Positions 15,496 to 24,487 of a stretch of 32,000 bases of DNA are shown here, in pieces. The DNA lies in contig NC_009664.2 in NCBI RefSeq assembly GCF_000017305.1, positions 570,001 to 602,000 on the forward strand, in the 5' to 3' direction. The translations under genes and the position numbers were made by a program. The notes under the pieces are model-generated. The model saw nothing but the letters and a program-made list of their open reading frames with translations. It did no database searches and was not told where the DNA came from. The DNA is from Kineococcus radiotolerans SRS30216 = ATCC BAA-149. GTDB taxonomy: Bacteria > Actinomycetota > Actinomycetes > Actinomycetales > Kineococcaceae. Within the stretch, counting starts at the first letter, position 1, and each line of letters starts with the position of its first letter.

Positions 15496-16404
15496 ATGCT
15501 CGGACGCGTGACCCAGCGCAGCATCGCCACCAACGCGCTGACCAACCTGCAGAACACCCAGACCCGCATGGCGAAGCTGCAGGAGCAGATCACCAGCGGC
15601 AACTCGCTGCCCAAGGGGTCCGAGGACTCCGTGCGCGCGGCCGCGGCCCTGCGCCTGAACGACCAGATCGCCGTCAACACCGAGAACGGGCGCAACCTCG
15701 ACGAGGCCCGGGCCTGGATGGTGACCCAGGAGCCGGCGCTGGAGAGCACCACGAAGGCTCTCCAGAAGGTGCGCGAACTGACGGTGCGGGCCAGCAACGG
15801 TACCTTCGACGCCACCGCCCGGAAGGCGATCGCAGCGGAGATCACCGCGCTCAAGGAGACGATCCTCGGCGACGCCAACACCCAGTACCAGGGCCGCGCT
15901 GTGTTCGCCGGCACCTCGGCCGGGACGGTCGCCTACGACGCCACCACGTACGCCAGCAACGACGACACGAACACGACGGTGACCCCCGCGGTGGGCGTCG
16001 TCACCCGCACCGTCTCCCCCGGTGTGCACATGCAGGTCAACATCTCGGGCAACAGCGTCTACGGGTCCGGGAACGACTCCCTGTTCGCCGAACTGGACAC
16101 CCTCGCCCAGAAGATCACTGACGGTGACCCCACTGCGGCGGCGTCGCTGTCGACGATCGACGGCCGCATCACCAAGGCGACCAACGCCATGGCCACGATC
16201 GGCGCCCGCACCAACCAGCTCGACCACGCCGAGGAGGTCAACGCCAACCAGCTGGCCTACCTCGAGGCGCAGCTGAACGACGTGCAGGGTGTGGACCCGG
16301 CCAAGGCCTACGTGGAGTTCACCCAGCAGAACGTGGCCTACCAGGCGGCGCTGCAGGTGACGGCGAAGACCGTCCAGACCTCCCTCCTGGACTTCCTCCG
16401 CTGA
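15496..16404 (+). CDS. flgL: flagellar hook-associated protein 3 FlgL
   Basis: Flagellin-like termini: RVTQRSIATNALTNLQNTQTRMAKLQEQITSG and DPAKAYVEFTQQNVAYQAALQVTAKTVQTSLLDFL. Follows flgK. Confidence 0.9.
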   Translation: MLGRVTQRSIATNALTNLQNTQTRMAKLQEQITSGNSLPKGSEDSVRAAAALRLNDQIAVNTENGRNLDEARAWMVTQEPALESTTKALQKVRELTVRASNGTFDATARKAIAAEITALKETILGDANTQYQGRAVFAGTSAGTVAYDATTYASNDDTNTTVTPAVGVVTRTVSPGVHMQVNISGNSVYGSGNDSLFAELDTLAQKITDGDPTAAASLSTIDGRITKATNAMATIGARTNQLDHAEEVNANQLAYLEAQLNDVQGVDPAKAYVEFTQQNVAYQAALQVTAKTVQTSLLDFLR

Positions 16405-16466
16405 CGCGGGCCACCGCACCGCAGGTCGAACGCCTCACCCACCTCGCCTCCCCCGGAGATCCCAGA

Positions 16467-16877
16467 GTGACCTCTACGACCGACACCCCCGTGTCCGCCC
16501 CCACGATCGAGTTCGTCTCGCCCATCATGGGCTTCGCCGAGCACTCGGCCTTCCACCTCGTCCCCCTGGACGAGGAGGGGACGCTGTACTCGTTGCGCGC
16601 CGCCGACGGCACGGGCGTCCGCCTCGTGGTCGTCGCCCCGCTGAAGTTCTTCCCCGGTTACGCGCCGGAGATCGACGACGAGACGGTGATGAAGCTCGAC
16701 CTGCGGGACGCCACGGAGGCGGCGGTGCTGAACGTCGTCAACGTCGGGGACGACCCGGCCACGGCGACGGTCAACCTGCTGGCCCCGATCGTGATCAACC
16801 ACCGCACGCTGCAGGCGTCGCAGGTGGTGCTGGTGGGGACGGATCTGCCGCTGCGCGCCCCCCTGCTGGCGGCCTGA
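16467..16877 (+). CDS. fliW: flagellar assembly factor FliW (paralog 1)
   Basis: GTG 16467 after GGAGA. IEFVSPIMGFAEHSAFHLVPL ... FFPGYAPEIDDETVMKLDL ... TVNLLAPIVINHRTLQASQVVL matches the FliW pattern. Confidence 0.88.
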   Translation: MTSTTDTPVSAPTIEFVSPIMGFAEHSAFHLVPLDEEGTLYSLRAADGTGVRLVVVAPLKFFPGYAPEIDDETVMKLDLRDATEAAVLNVVNVGDDPATATVNLLAPIVINHRTLQASQVVLVGTDLPLRAPLLAA

Positions 16878-16890
16878 GCCGCCTCGCACC

Positions 16891-16926
16891 GCGAACGCCC
16901 CGCCGGGTCCCCGGCGGGGCGTTCGC
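16891..16926 (+). terminator. hairpin downstream of fliW paralog 1
   Basis: Perfect 16-bp stem GCGAACGCCCCGCCGG / CCGGCGGGGCGTTCGC, loop GTCC, 14 nt after the stop. Separates the two fliW genes. Confidence 0.65.
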
Positions 16927-17074
16927 GCGTTCCGGGAACGACACGAACGCCGAGACGGATCGGCCCATCTCCGCTACCGTCTGTAGTGGTCGAGACACCG
17001 CGAGTGCGTATCGCGGTGACCAGGCGACGCCCGGGAACAGAGCCCCCCGGGACCTGCAGACGAAGGGATCCGTT

Positions 17075-17482
17075 GTGAGCATCGCTTCCGACACCAAGCC
17101 CAAGATCGAGTTCGTGAGTCCCCTCATGGGCTTCGACCAGCACACCGCCTTCGAGATCGAGGCCCTCGACGACGACGGCATGTTCTTCACCATGCAGTCC
17201 ACGTCGGACCCCAGCCTCCGCCTCGTGCTGGCGGACCCGCAGCCGTTCTACCCCGACTACGACGCCGTGATCGACGGTGACACCGCCAAGTCGCTGCAGA
17301 TCGAGGACGAGGGCGACGGCGCCATCCTCGCCATCGTCAACATGGCGCAGGGCATGGAGAAGGCGACGATGAACCTCTTCGCGCCCATCGTCGTGAACCC
17401 CAAGGCGCACCGCGCGGTCCAGGCCATGCTCTACGGCGAGGACCACCCCCTCGACGCACCGCTGAACCCGCCCGCCAGCTGA
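17075..17482 (+). CDS. fliW: flagellar assembly factor FliW (paralog 2, diverged)
   Basis: GTG 17075 after GAAGGGA. IEFVSPLMGFDQHTAFEIEAL ... FYPDYDAVIDGDTAKSLQI ... TMNLFAPIVVNPKAHRAVQAML. Clearly homologous to paralog 1 but diverged (roughly 40% identical by eye). Confidence 0.88.
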   Translation: MSIASDTKPKIEFVSPLMGFDQHTAFEIEALDDDGMFFTMQSTSDPSLRLVLADPQPFYPDYDAVIDGDTAKSLQIEDEGDGAILAIVNMAQGMEKATMNLFAPIVVNPKAHRAVQAMLYGEDHPLDAPLNPPAS

Positions 17483-17497
17483 CCAGCTGACCCCGGC

Positions 17498-17530
17498 AGG
17501 GGCGCTGGGCGGCAGGCGCCCGGCGCCCCT
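17498..17530 (+). terminator. hairpin downstream of fliW paralog 2
   Basis: AGGGGCGC-T-GGGCG-GCAGG-CGCCC-G-GCGCCCCT (13 bp, interrupted), between stop 17482 and the PEBP start 17546. No U tract. Confidence 0.5.
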
Positions 17531-17545
17531 CGTAGGGTCGGTCCC

Positions 17546-18061
17546 ATGAACCTCGAACGACCTGTCGCCCCGGAGCCGTATTCCCTGCTCCCCGCCGTCC
17601 CCGGCTTCGCCCTGCGTTCCACCGACGTGACCGCGGGCGAGCAGATGGACGAGCGGCACGCCGGCGGGAACGTCTCGCCCCAGCTCAGCTGGGACGGCTT
17701 CCCGGACGGCACGAGGAGCTTCCTCGTCAACTGCTTCGACCCCGACGCCCCGACCCCGGCCGGCTTCTGGCACTGGACGGTCGTCGACGTGCCGGTCGCG
17801 GTGACGAGCCTGCCCACCGGGGCGGGGTCGCAGCCGGCGCCCGAGGGGGCGACGGTGCTGCGCAACGACCTCGGGACCGCCGACTTCACCGGCGCCGCTC
17901 CCCCGCCCGGTGACCACCCGCACCGCTACGTCTTCGCCGTCCACGCCCTCGACGTCGAGAGCCTGGGCCTGCCCGCCACCGCGACGCCCACGGTGGCGGC
18001 CTTCGCCTCGCTGGGTCACGTGCTGGCCCGCGCGACGCTCGCGCCGGTCTACTCCCGGTGA
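17546..18061 (+). CDS. YbhB/YbcL-family PEBP (Raf kinase inhibitor-like) protein
   Basis: [40 protein letters not shown] and [15 protein letters not shown] are PEBP signatures. Confidence 0.88.
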   Translation: MNLERPVAPEPYSLLPAVPGFALRSTDVTAGEQMDERHAGGNVSPQLSWDGFPDGTRSFLVNCFDPDAPTPAGFWHWTVVDVPVAVTSLPTGAGSQPAPEGATVLRNDLGTADFTGAAPPPGDHPHRYVFAVHALDVESLGLPATATPTVAAFASLGHVLARATLAPVYSR

Positions 18062-18618
18062 GCGCGCCCGCCGCCGCCCAGCGCGTCGCGGGCGACCTGG
18101 AGCTGCTGCCGGCCGCCGAGCACCCGCACCTGCTGCCCGAAGCGGTGCGGGCGGCGCTGCCCGAGGGCGCCTGGACCCTGGAGATCGACCCCGGCCTCGC
18201 CGACACCCAGGCCCTCGTCGACGCCGCGCACGTCCCGCTGGACGGGTCCGCGAACTGCGTGGTCGTCGCCGGCAAGCGGGACGGGGAGGAACGCGTCGCG
18301 GCGTGCGTGGTGCTGGCCAGCACCCGCGCCGACGTCAACGGCGCGGTCAAGAAGGTCCTCGACGTCCGCAAGGCGTCGTTCCTGCCGATGGACCGGGCCG
18401 TGGAGGAGTCAGGCATGGAGTTCGGCGGGATCACCCCCGTCGGGCTGCCCGGCGGGTGGCGGGTCCTCGTGGACACCCGGGTCGCGGGCAGCGAGTGGGT
18501 GCTCATCGGCTCCGGGGTGCGCCGGTCCAAGCTGGTCGTGCGCGGCGCCGACCTGGCCGCCCTGCCCGGCGCGGAGGTCGTGGACATCGCGATGACGCCC
18601 CCGGTGGCCTCGACGTGA
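18058..18618 (+). CDS. YbaK/aminoacyl-tRNA-editing-domain family protein
   Basis: GTG 18058 overlaps the PEBP stop (GTGA). [38 protein letters not shown] ... [13 protein letters not shown] ... [12 protein letters not shown] resembles the YbaK/ProX editing fold. Confidence 0.78.
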   Translation: MSAPAAAQRVAGDLELLPAAEHPHLLPEAVRAALPEGAWTLEIDPGLADTQALVDAAHVPLDGSANCVVVAGKRDGEERVAACVVLASTRADVNGAVKKVLDVRKASFLPMDRAVEESGMEFGGITPVGLPGGWRVLVDTRVAGSEWVLIGSGVRRSKLVVRGADLAALPGAEVVDIAMTPPVAST

Positions 18619-18986
18619 TCGTCCGGGGACGCAGGTCGGCCGCGGACGCCTGGGAGGACTACGCCCGCATCGCCCGCTGGCCGACCTGGTCCCCGCAGAT
18701 GACGTCGGTGCACGCCTCGGCCGAGCGGATCGCCCCCGGCGTGACCGGTGTCGTGTGCAGCGGCCCGCTGCGGCTGCCGTTCACGATCACCGCCGTCGAC
18801 GAGGACGCGAGAACGTGGAGCTGGCGGGTCCTCGGCGTGCGGATGCACCACGGCGTGCGGGCCACGCCCAGCGGTTGCGCCACCACCTTCGACGGCCCGC
18901 TGCCCTACCTGCCGGTGGCGCGGATCGCGTTGCGGCGGCTGGTCTCAGGCCACCGTCAGCAGCCGGGTGACCGCCTCGACGGGTGA
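18615..18986 (+). CDS. SRPBCC (polyketide cyclase/dehydrase-like) family protein
   Basis: GTG 18615 overlaps the previous stop (GTGA). AWEDYARIARWPTWSPQM is the typical SRPBCC W-P-x-W motif. G/C third positions. The 3' end overlaps the convergent gpsA by 42 nt. Confidence 0.65.
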   Translation: MIVRGRRSAADAWEDYARIARWPTWSPQMTSVHASAERIAPGVTGVVCSGPLRLPFTITAVDEDARTWSWRVLGVRMHHGVRATPSGCATTFDGPLPYLPVARIALRRLVSGHRQQPGDRLDG

Positions 18987-19913
18987 GCGCTGCCCGTCGA
19001 GGACGGCCACGACGTCGCGCACGAACGGCAGGTCCGGGTCGCGCCGCAGCAGCGCCGGGGCCGTCGCGACGCCCTCCGCGGTGCCGCCCGCGCGGACCAG
19101 CGCCTCGGCCAGCGGCAGCCCCTCCCCCAGCGCCACCCCGACGCGGTGGTTGCGCGAGAGCGTGGAGGTGCTGGTGGCGACGAGGTCCCCGGCGCCGGCC
19201 AGGCCCAGGAACGTCTCCAGCCGCGCCCCGAGGCGCCGGCCCAGCTCCGCGGTCTCGGTGAGCCCCAGGGTCGTCACCGCGGCCCGCGCGTTCGCGCCCA
19301 GACCCGCGCCCTCCACCATCCCCACGGCCAGCGCGACGACGTTCTTCACCGCCCCCGCGACGTCGACGCCGACGACGTCGGTCAGCGGGTGGGCGTGGAA
19401 GTCCGGTGTGCTGCACCAGGTCGCGACCCGCCCGGCCACCTCCGCGTCCACGCAGGCCACGACGGTGGCGGCGGGCTGACCGCGGGCGATCTCCAGGGCG
19501 AGGTTGGGCCCCGACAGCGCCAGGACGGGCCGGCCGTCCAGGACGTCGGCGACGACCTCGGAGCCGAACAGCCCCGTCGAGGTCTCCACGCCCTTGGCCA
19601 GGTTCACCACCGGGACGGCGGGCAGCACCTCCCGCCAGCGCAGGAGCAGGGACCGCAGCCGCTGCAGCGGCACCGCGAGGACCACCAGCTCCGCGCCCTC
19701 CACGACGTCCTCGACGCGGGACCCCGCGTGGACGCGGGCGGGCAGGTCGATCCCCGGCAGGTACTGCTCGTTGCGCCCCGAGACCCGGATGCGCTCGGCG
19801 AGCTCGGGCCGGCGGCACCACAGCCCGACGCTGCTGGCGTTGGCGGCGAGGAGCCCGGCGACGGCCGTTCCCCACGCTCCGGACCCGAGGACGGCGACGT
19901 GCACACCCGCCAC
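18945..19913 (-). CDS. gpsA: NAD(P)H-dependent glycerol-3-phosphate dehydrogenase
   Basis: VAVLGSGAWGTAVAGLLA dinucleotide fold, NEQYLPGIDLP, LSGPNLALEIA, GAVKNVVALAVGM. Confidence 0.92.
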   Translation of the reverse strand: MAGVHVAVLGSGAWGTAVAGLLAANASSVGLWCRRPELAERIRVSGRNEQYLPGIDLPARVHAGSRVEDVVEGAELVVLAVPLQRLRSLLLRWREVLPAVPVVNLAKGVETSTGLFGSEVVADVLDGRPVLALSGPNLALEIARGQPAATVVACVDAEVAGRVATWCSTPDFHAHPLTDVVGVDVAGAVKNVVALAVGMVEGAGLGANARAAVTTLGLTETAELGRRLGARLETFLGLAGAGDLVATSTSTLSRNHRVGVALGEGLPLAEALVRAGGTAEGVATAPALLRRDPDLPFVRDVVAVLDGQRSPVEAVTRLLTVA

Positions 19914-19914
19914 G

Positions 19915-20733
19915 CTACGCCCGCCGCGTCTCCCACAGCGCCACCGCGCTGGCGGCGGCGACGTTGAGGCTGTCCACCCGCGGGTCCATCGGGATCCGCA
20001 CCACGAGGTCGGCCCCGGACAGCGCGCGCCGGCTCAGCCCGTCCCCCTCCGTCCCCAGCAGCAGCGCGAGGCGCTCCGGCACCGCGAAGGAGCCCAGCGC
20101 CACCGAGTCCTCCGTCAGGGCCAGCGCCGCGACGGCGAACCCCGCCGAGCGCAGCAGGTCCAGGTCCCCGGGCCAGGACGCCGCCCGCGCCCACGGCAGG
20201 TGCAGCACCGTCCCCATCGACACCCGCACGCTGCGCCGGTACAGCGGGTCCGCGCACCGCGGGCTGACGACGACGCCGTCGACGCCGAAGGCGGCCGCGG
20301 AGCGGAACAGCGCACCCACGTTGGTGTGGTCGACGACGTCCTCGAGGACCACCAGCCGCGCCGGGCCCGCGGGCAGCGACGCGAGCAGGTCCGGCACCGA
20401 CCGCTGCGCGGGGCGCTGCATGGAGGCCAGCGCGCCGCGGTGCAGGTCGACCCCGGTGAGGTCGGCGAACGCCGCGACGGGGGCCACGAACACCGTCGCT
20501 CCCGCGGGCAGCACGTCGGCGAGGTCCTCGAAGCGGCTGCGGGACAGCAGGAGCGAGCGGGGGACGTGCCCGGCGGCCAGCGCGCGCCGGATGACCTCGA
20601 CGCCCTCGGCGAGGTACAGCCCCTCCGCCGGTTCCCGCCGGGCGCGCAGCTGCACGTCCTTCAGCGCGGTGTAGTCGCGCAGGGAGCCCGCGTGCTGCGG
20701 ATCGGTGAGGTCGTCCAACTCGATCAGCGGCAC
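19915..20733 (-). CDS. TrmH/SpoU-family RNA 2'-O-methyltransferase
   Basis: VLEDVVDHTNVGALFRSAAAFGVDGVV, LLLGTEGDGLS, IPMDPRVDSLNVAAASAVALWE (SpoU motifs 1-3). GTG start at 20733. Confidence 0.88.
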   Translation of the reverse strand: MPLIELDDLTDPQHAGSLRDYTALKDVQLRARREPAEGLYLAEGVEVIRRALAAGHVPRSLLLSRSRFEDLADVLPAGATVFVAPVAAFADLTGVDLHRGALASMQRPAQRSVPDLLASLPAGPARLVVLEDVVDHTNVGALFRSAAAFGVDGVVVSPRCADPLYRRSVRVSMGTVLHLPWARAASWPGDLDLLRSAGFAVAALALTEDSVALGSFAVPERLALLLGTEGDGLSRRALSGADLVVRIPMDPRVDSLNVAAASAVALWETRRA

Positions 20734-20753
20734 GCGGGCAAGCTACCGGAGGC

Positions 20754-22328
20754 TCAGAGGCGGAACCGACCCACCACGGTCCGCAGCTGCTGCGACACCC
20801 CCGACACCTCGTCGGCGGCGGTCCGGGTGGCGACGACGGAGCGGTCGGTCGCGTCGGTGGCGGTCGACACCCCGTCGATCCCGGCGGTGATGCGGTCCGC
20901 GCCGCCGGCGGCGTCGGCGATCGAGCGCGACATCTCGTTCGTCGTGGCGGTCTGCTCCTCCACGGCCGAGGCGATGGTCGTCTGCAGGTCGTTGATCCGG
21001 GCGATGACCTCGCTGATGGAGGCGATCGCGGTGACCGCGCCGGTGGTGTCGGACTGGATCGTGGAGACCCGGCGGGAGATGTCCTCGGTGGCGCGCGCGG
21101 TCTGCTGCGCGAGCTCCTTCACCTCACCGGCGACGACGGCGAAGCCCTTGCCCATCTCCCCGGCGCGCGCCGCCTCGATGGTCGCGTTGAGGGCCAGCAG
21201 GTTCGTCTGCTCGGCGATGGCGGTGATGACCTTGACGACGTTGCCGATCTCCAGGGAGCTCTCCCCGAGGCGGGCGACGGTGGCGGTGGTGTCCTCGGCG
21301 ACCTGCACGGCGTGCGCCGCGACCCCGGTGGCCTCGGCGGCGGAGGCGGAGATCTCCCGGATCGCGGACCCCATCTGCTCCGAACCGGCGGAGACGGCCT
21401 GCAGGCTGGTGGAGACGGTGGAGATGTCCCCGGACACCGAGCGGACCTCGCTGCCGGCGCGGTCGGAGGCCACCGCGGCGTCGGAGGAGGCCTGGGCCAG
21501 CACCTGCGAGGAGTGGCCGAGGGTCTCGGCGCCGGCGGCGACGGAGGCGAACTCGGTGCGCAGGCGGGCGATGGCGTGGTCCAGGGAGGAGGCCATGCGG
21601 CCCAGCTCGTCGCCGCGCTCGATGCCGGAGGAGACGGTCAGGTCGCCCTGGTCCAGCGCCTCGGCGACGGAGGCGATGCGCCCGGCGTCCGCGCGCACCC
21701 GGCGCACGACGCGGGCGACGACGCCGGCGCAGACGACGAGCCCGCCCAGCAGCACCGCGATCGTGGTCCACAGGGTGGTGCGGGCCCCGTCGCGGCTCTC
21801 GGCGACGACGTCGTCGACGGCGGCGGTGGAGAGCTCGGTCAGCGACTCCACGTCGGCGCGGAACGCGTCCTGGGCCGCGGTGTAGGCCTCGCCCGCGGCG
21901 GCGCGGGTCGCGTCGTCGGTGGCGCTGATGAGCACCTGGCCCTGCTCGCTCATGGTGTCGAGCTGCTCGGACAGGTCGGCGGCGAGCTCCTGGTCGGGGC
22001 CGGTCGCCACGTCCTGCAGGGCCTCGACCGCGTCGGCGCGCTCGGCGGTGGCGGTCTGCAGGTCCGGGGCCAGCTGGGAGCCGCCGTTCAGGTACTGGAC
22101 GGCGAGAGTCAGGCCGCCGACGCGTTCGTGCAGGAGCTCCACGGAGCGGACGGCCTCCAGGCGCACGAGGGCGTCGCCCTTCAGCTGCTCCAGCTGCTCC
22201 GCCTGGTCCTGCGCCGCGACCGTGCCGGTGACGCCGAGGGCGAGGGCCACCACGCCCATGCAGCCCGCCGCCCCGACGATCCCCGACGTGAGGGAGACCC
22301 CACCCTTGCGCGGGAGACCCGCCATCAC
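20754..22328 (-). CDS. methyl-accepting chemotaxis protein
   Basis: N-terminal TM segment, helical sensor, second TM plus HAMP, and the conserved signalling hairpin [39 protein letters not shown]. Start GTG 22328 or ATG 22325. Confidence 0.92.
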   Translation of the reverse strand: MMAGLPRKGGVSLTSGIVGAAGCMGVVALALGVTGTVAAQDQAEQLEQLKGDALVRLEAVRSVELLHERVGGLTLAVQYLNGGSQLAPDLQTATAERADAVEALQDVATGPDQELAADLSEQLDTMSEQGQVLISATDDATRAAAGEAYTAAQDAFRADVESLTELSTAAVDDVVAESRDGARTTLWTTIAVLLGGLVVCAGVVARVVRRVRADAGRIASVAEALDQGDLTVSSGIERGDELGRMASSLDHAIARLRTEFASVAAGAETLGHSSQVLAQASSDAAVASDRAGSEVRSVSGDISTVSTSLQAVSAGSEQMGSAIREISASAAEATGVAAHAVQVAEDTTATVARLGESSLEIGNVVKVITAIAEQTNLLALNATIEAARAGEMGKGFAVVAGEVKELAQQTARATEDISRRVSTIQSDTTGAVTAIASISEVIARINDLQTTIASAVEEQTATTNEMSRSIADAAGGADRITAGIDGVSTATDATDRSVVATRTAADEVSGVSQQLRTVVGRFRL

Positions 22329-22374
22329 AACCGCCCCGTTCCCCGTGGCGCCCCGGTGACGCCGTCAGCTGGGA

Positions 22375-22403
22375 GCATCGGCAGGAACGGTCCCGGGGTG
22401 GAG
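22375..22403 (-). promoter_or_regulatory. putative sigma-28-like promoter of the MCP gene (CTCCA-N16-GCCGATGC)
   Basis: Minus strand reads GGCTCCA CCCCGGGACCGTTCCT GCCGATGC, 47 nt upstream of the MCP start, in the 77-nt gap after the GGDEF-EAL stop. Confidence 0.4.
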
Positions 22404-22405
22404 CC

Positions 22406-24019
22406 TCAGAGCACGACGGTCGCGGGGACGTGCTCGTCGGCCGGCTGCACGGGGGTGGCGGGGCGGGAGCGGGCCAGGTCGATGACCGCGCCGACCTCGG
22501 CGTTGGGCCGGCCGAGGAGGAAGCCCTGGGCGCTGTCGCAGCCGAGGCGGCGCAGCGCGTCGAGCTGCTCGTGGGACTCCACGCCCTCGGCGACGACGCC
22601 CACGCCCATGCTCTTGGCCATCCCGATGATCCCGGCCACGACGGCCTCGTCCTGGCGGCGCCGGCCGAGCCCGGCGATGAAGTGCCGGTCGACCTTGACG
22701 TGGTCGATGGGCATCGTCTGCAGGTGCTTGAGGGAGGACACCCCGGCCCCGAAGTCGTCGACGGCGACGCGCACCCCCATCATGCGCAGCGCGTGCAGGG
22801 TGGAGAACCCGGCGTTGGCGTCGGCGACGAGGAGGTCCTCGCTCACCTCGACCAGCAGCGCGCTGCCCGCAGGGCCGGTCGGCTGGTTGGTGGCGACGGC
22901 GTCGAGCAGCTCGGCGTTGGCCAGCTGCCGGCGGGAGACGTTCACCGCGATCGTCAGGTGGCAGTCCTCGATGGTGGAGTACCACTCCTCCAGCTGCCGC
23001 CAGGCCTCGGCGATGACCCACTTGCCGATGTCGACGATCAGGCCGCTGCGCTCGGCGAGGGGGACGAAGTCGCTGGGCTGCAGCAGGCCCCGCCGGGGGT
23101 GCTGCCAGCGCAGCAGCGCCTCCACCCCCTGCACGTGCCCGTCGCGCAGGTCGATGATGGGCTGGTAGTGCAGCCGCAGCTGCCCCTGGGAGACGGCGAG
23201 GGCGAGGTCGTCCTCGGTCTGCAGGGCGTCGACGGCCTGGGCCTGCATGCGTTCGTCGAACAGCTCCGAGCGGGCCTTGCCGCTCTCCTTGGCGCGGTAG
23301 AGCGCGGCGTCGGCGCGGCGCAGCAGCTTGGAGGCGTCGGCCTCGTCGCGGGCCAGCGCGATCCCGACGCTGGGGGTGATGGTGAGCTTGCGGCCGTCGC
23401 CGAACTCGATCGGGTGGTTGGCGATGGAGCTGACGACGCGGTCGGCGATGCGGCTGGCGTTCAGCTCGTCGGAGAGGTCCTCGCAGAGGACGGCGAACTC
23501 GTCGCCGCCGAAGCGGGCGACGGTGTCCTCGGGGCGGACCGCGGCGCGCAGCCGGTGGGAGACCTCGACGAGGACGGTGTCGCCGACGCCGTGCCCGTGG
23601 GTGTCGTTGACGGTCTTGAACCCGTCGAGGTCGAGGTAGAGGACCGCGCACGCCTTGGAGCCGCGGCGGGCCAGGGCGTGCTGGAGGCGGTCGGTGAACA
23701 GCTGCCGGTTGCCGAGGTCGGTCAGCGGGTCGTGCAGCGCCTGCCGCATCGCGGCCTCGAGGGCCTCCTGCCGGTCGCGGCCCTCCACGTCGAGGCGGGC
23801 CGCGGACTGCAGGGCCAGCACGAGGAGGAGGGTGGCCGCCACCACGCCGCCGGCGAGCGCGGTCAGCAGGACCGAGAGGGTGGGTTCGCCGGCGAGGGCG
23901 ACCTGGACGAGGGCGACGACGCCGACCACGACGAGGGGGGACACGACGGCCCAGGGGACGACGCGGGTGCGGACGTCATCTCCGGCCAGGTGGCGGACCG
24001 ACCAGGGCCAGCGGCTCAT
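22406..24019 (-). CDS. membrane-anchored GGDEF-EAL protein (diguanylate cyclase/phosphodiesterase)
   Basis: Two N-terminal hydrophobic segments. RPEDTVARFGGDEFAVL (I-site RxxD plus GGDEF). EALLRW, DDFGAGVSSL, KVDRHFI, VAEGVES, QGFLLGRP EAL-domain motifs. ATG 24019 after GGAGGA. Confidence 0.92.
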   Translation of the reverse strand: MSRWPWSVRHLAGDDVRTRVVPWAVVSPLVVVGVVALVQVALAGEPTLSVLLTALAGGVVAATLLLVLALQSAARLDVEGRDRQEALEAAMRQALHDPLTDLGNRQLFTDRLQHALARRGSKACAVLYLDLDGFKTVNDTHGHGVGDTVLVEVSHRLRAAVRPEDTVARFGGDEFAVLCEDLSDELNASRIADRVVSSIANHPIEFGDGRKLTITPSVGIALARDEADASKLLRRADAALYRAKESGKARSELFDERMQAQAVDALQTEDDLALAVSQGQLRLHYQPIIDLRDGHVQGVEALLRWQHPRRGLLQPSDFVPLAERSGLIVDIGKWVIAEAWRQLEEWYSTIEDCHLTIAVNVSRRQLANAELLDAVATNQPTGPAGSALLVEVSEDLLVADANAGFSTLHALRMMGVRVAVDDFGAGVSSLKHLQTMPIDHVKVDRHFIAGLGRRRQDEAVVAGIIGMAKSMGVGVVAEGVESHEQLDALRRLGCDSAQGFLLGRPNAEVGAVIDLARSRPATPVQPADEHVPATVVL

Positions 24020-24487
24020 CCGGCGTTCCTCCCCTTCCGTGGGTGGCGTGTGCGCGGTGGGGGGGTGGCCTCACCGTGTCCGGTCCCTGACTGCTCATCG
24101 TCACGGCCCGGACACGTCCTGTCTACTTCACCCGCTCGGGCGCGTCGTGGCGGGGAGGACCGGCGCGCCGCCCGGTCACCCGATCGGCGGAGCCGTGGAC
24201 CCGGCGGGGCGCAGCGCTGCCCGGGTCGCCCCGGTGGGGGCGACGGGGCCTTCCCGACTCACCCGTTCGCCTCCCCGCCCGGCCCTTTCCCTGTCTGGAG
24301 CAGCGGCGGAGGGACGCCGTGCGGGCCGCCGTCACCCCCGGGGGCGCCGCCTGGCCCGCCGGCGGCCCCGGGGCCACCCGTTCGGCGCAGCGCGCCGGGG
24401 TGGGTGTGACGAAGGTTGAACACGCAACGTTCGCCCGGGTGATGGACGCCCCTCCACTCCCGGGCCGAACACGACGAAGGACCTACC

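Noticed and set aside
16878-17074. Hidden csrA between the two fliW genes
   Set aside because: The 197-nt spacer is shorter than a CsrA gene (about 225 nt). It is occupied by two hairpins and has no open frame with an RBS.
24020-24487. c-di-GMP riboswitch upstream of the NHL/cyclase operon
   Set aside because: No GGCAAACC-type or ACGCAAAGC-type GEMM-I core sequences occur in the spacer on either strand. No class-II-like pseudoknot was recognisable by eye.
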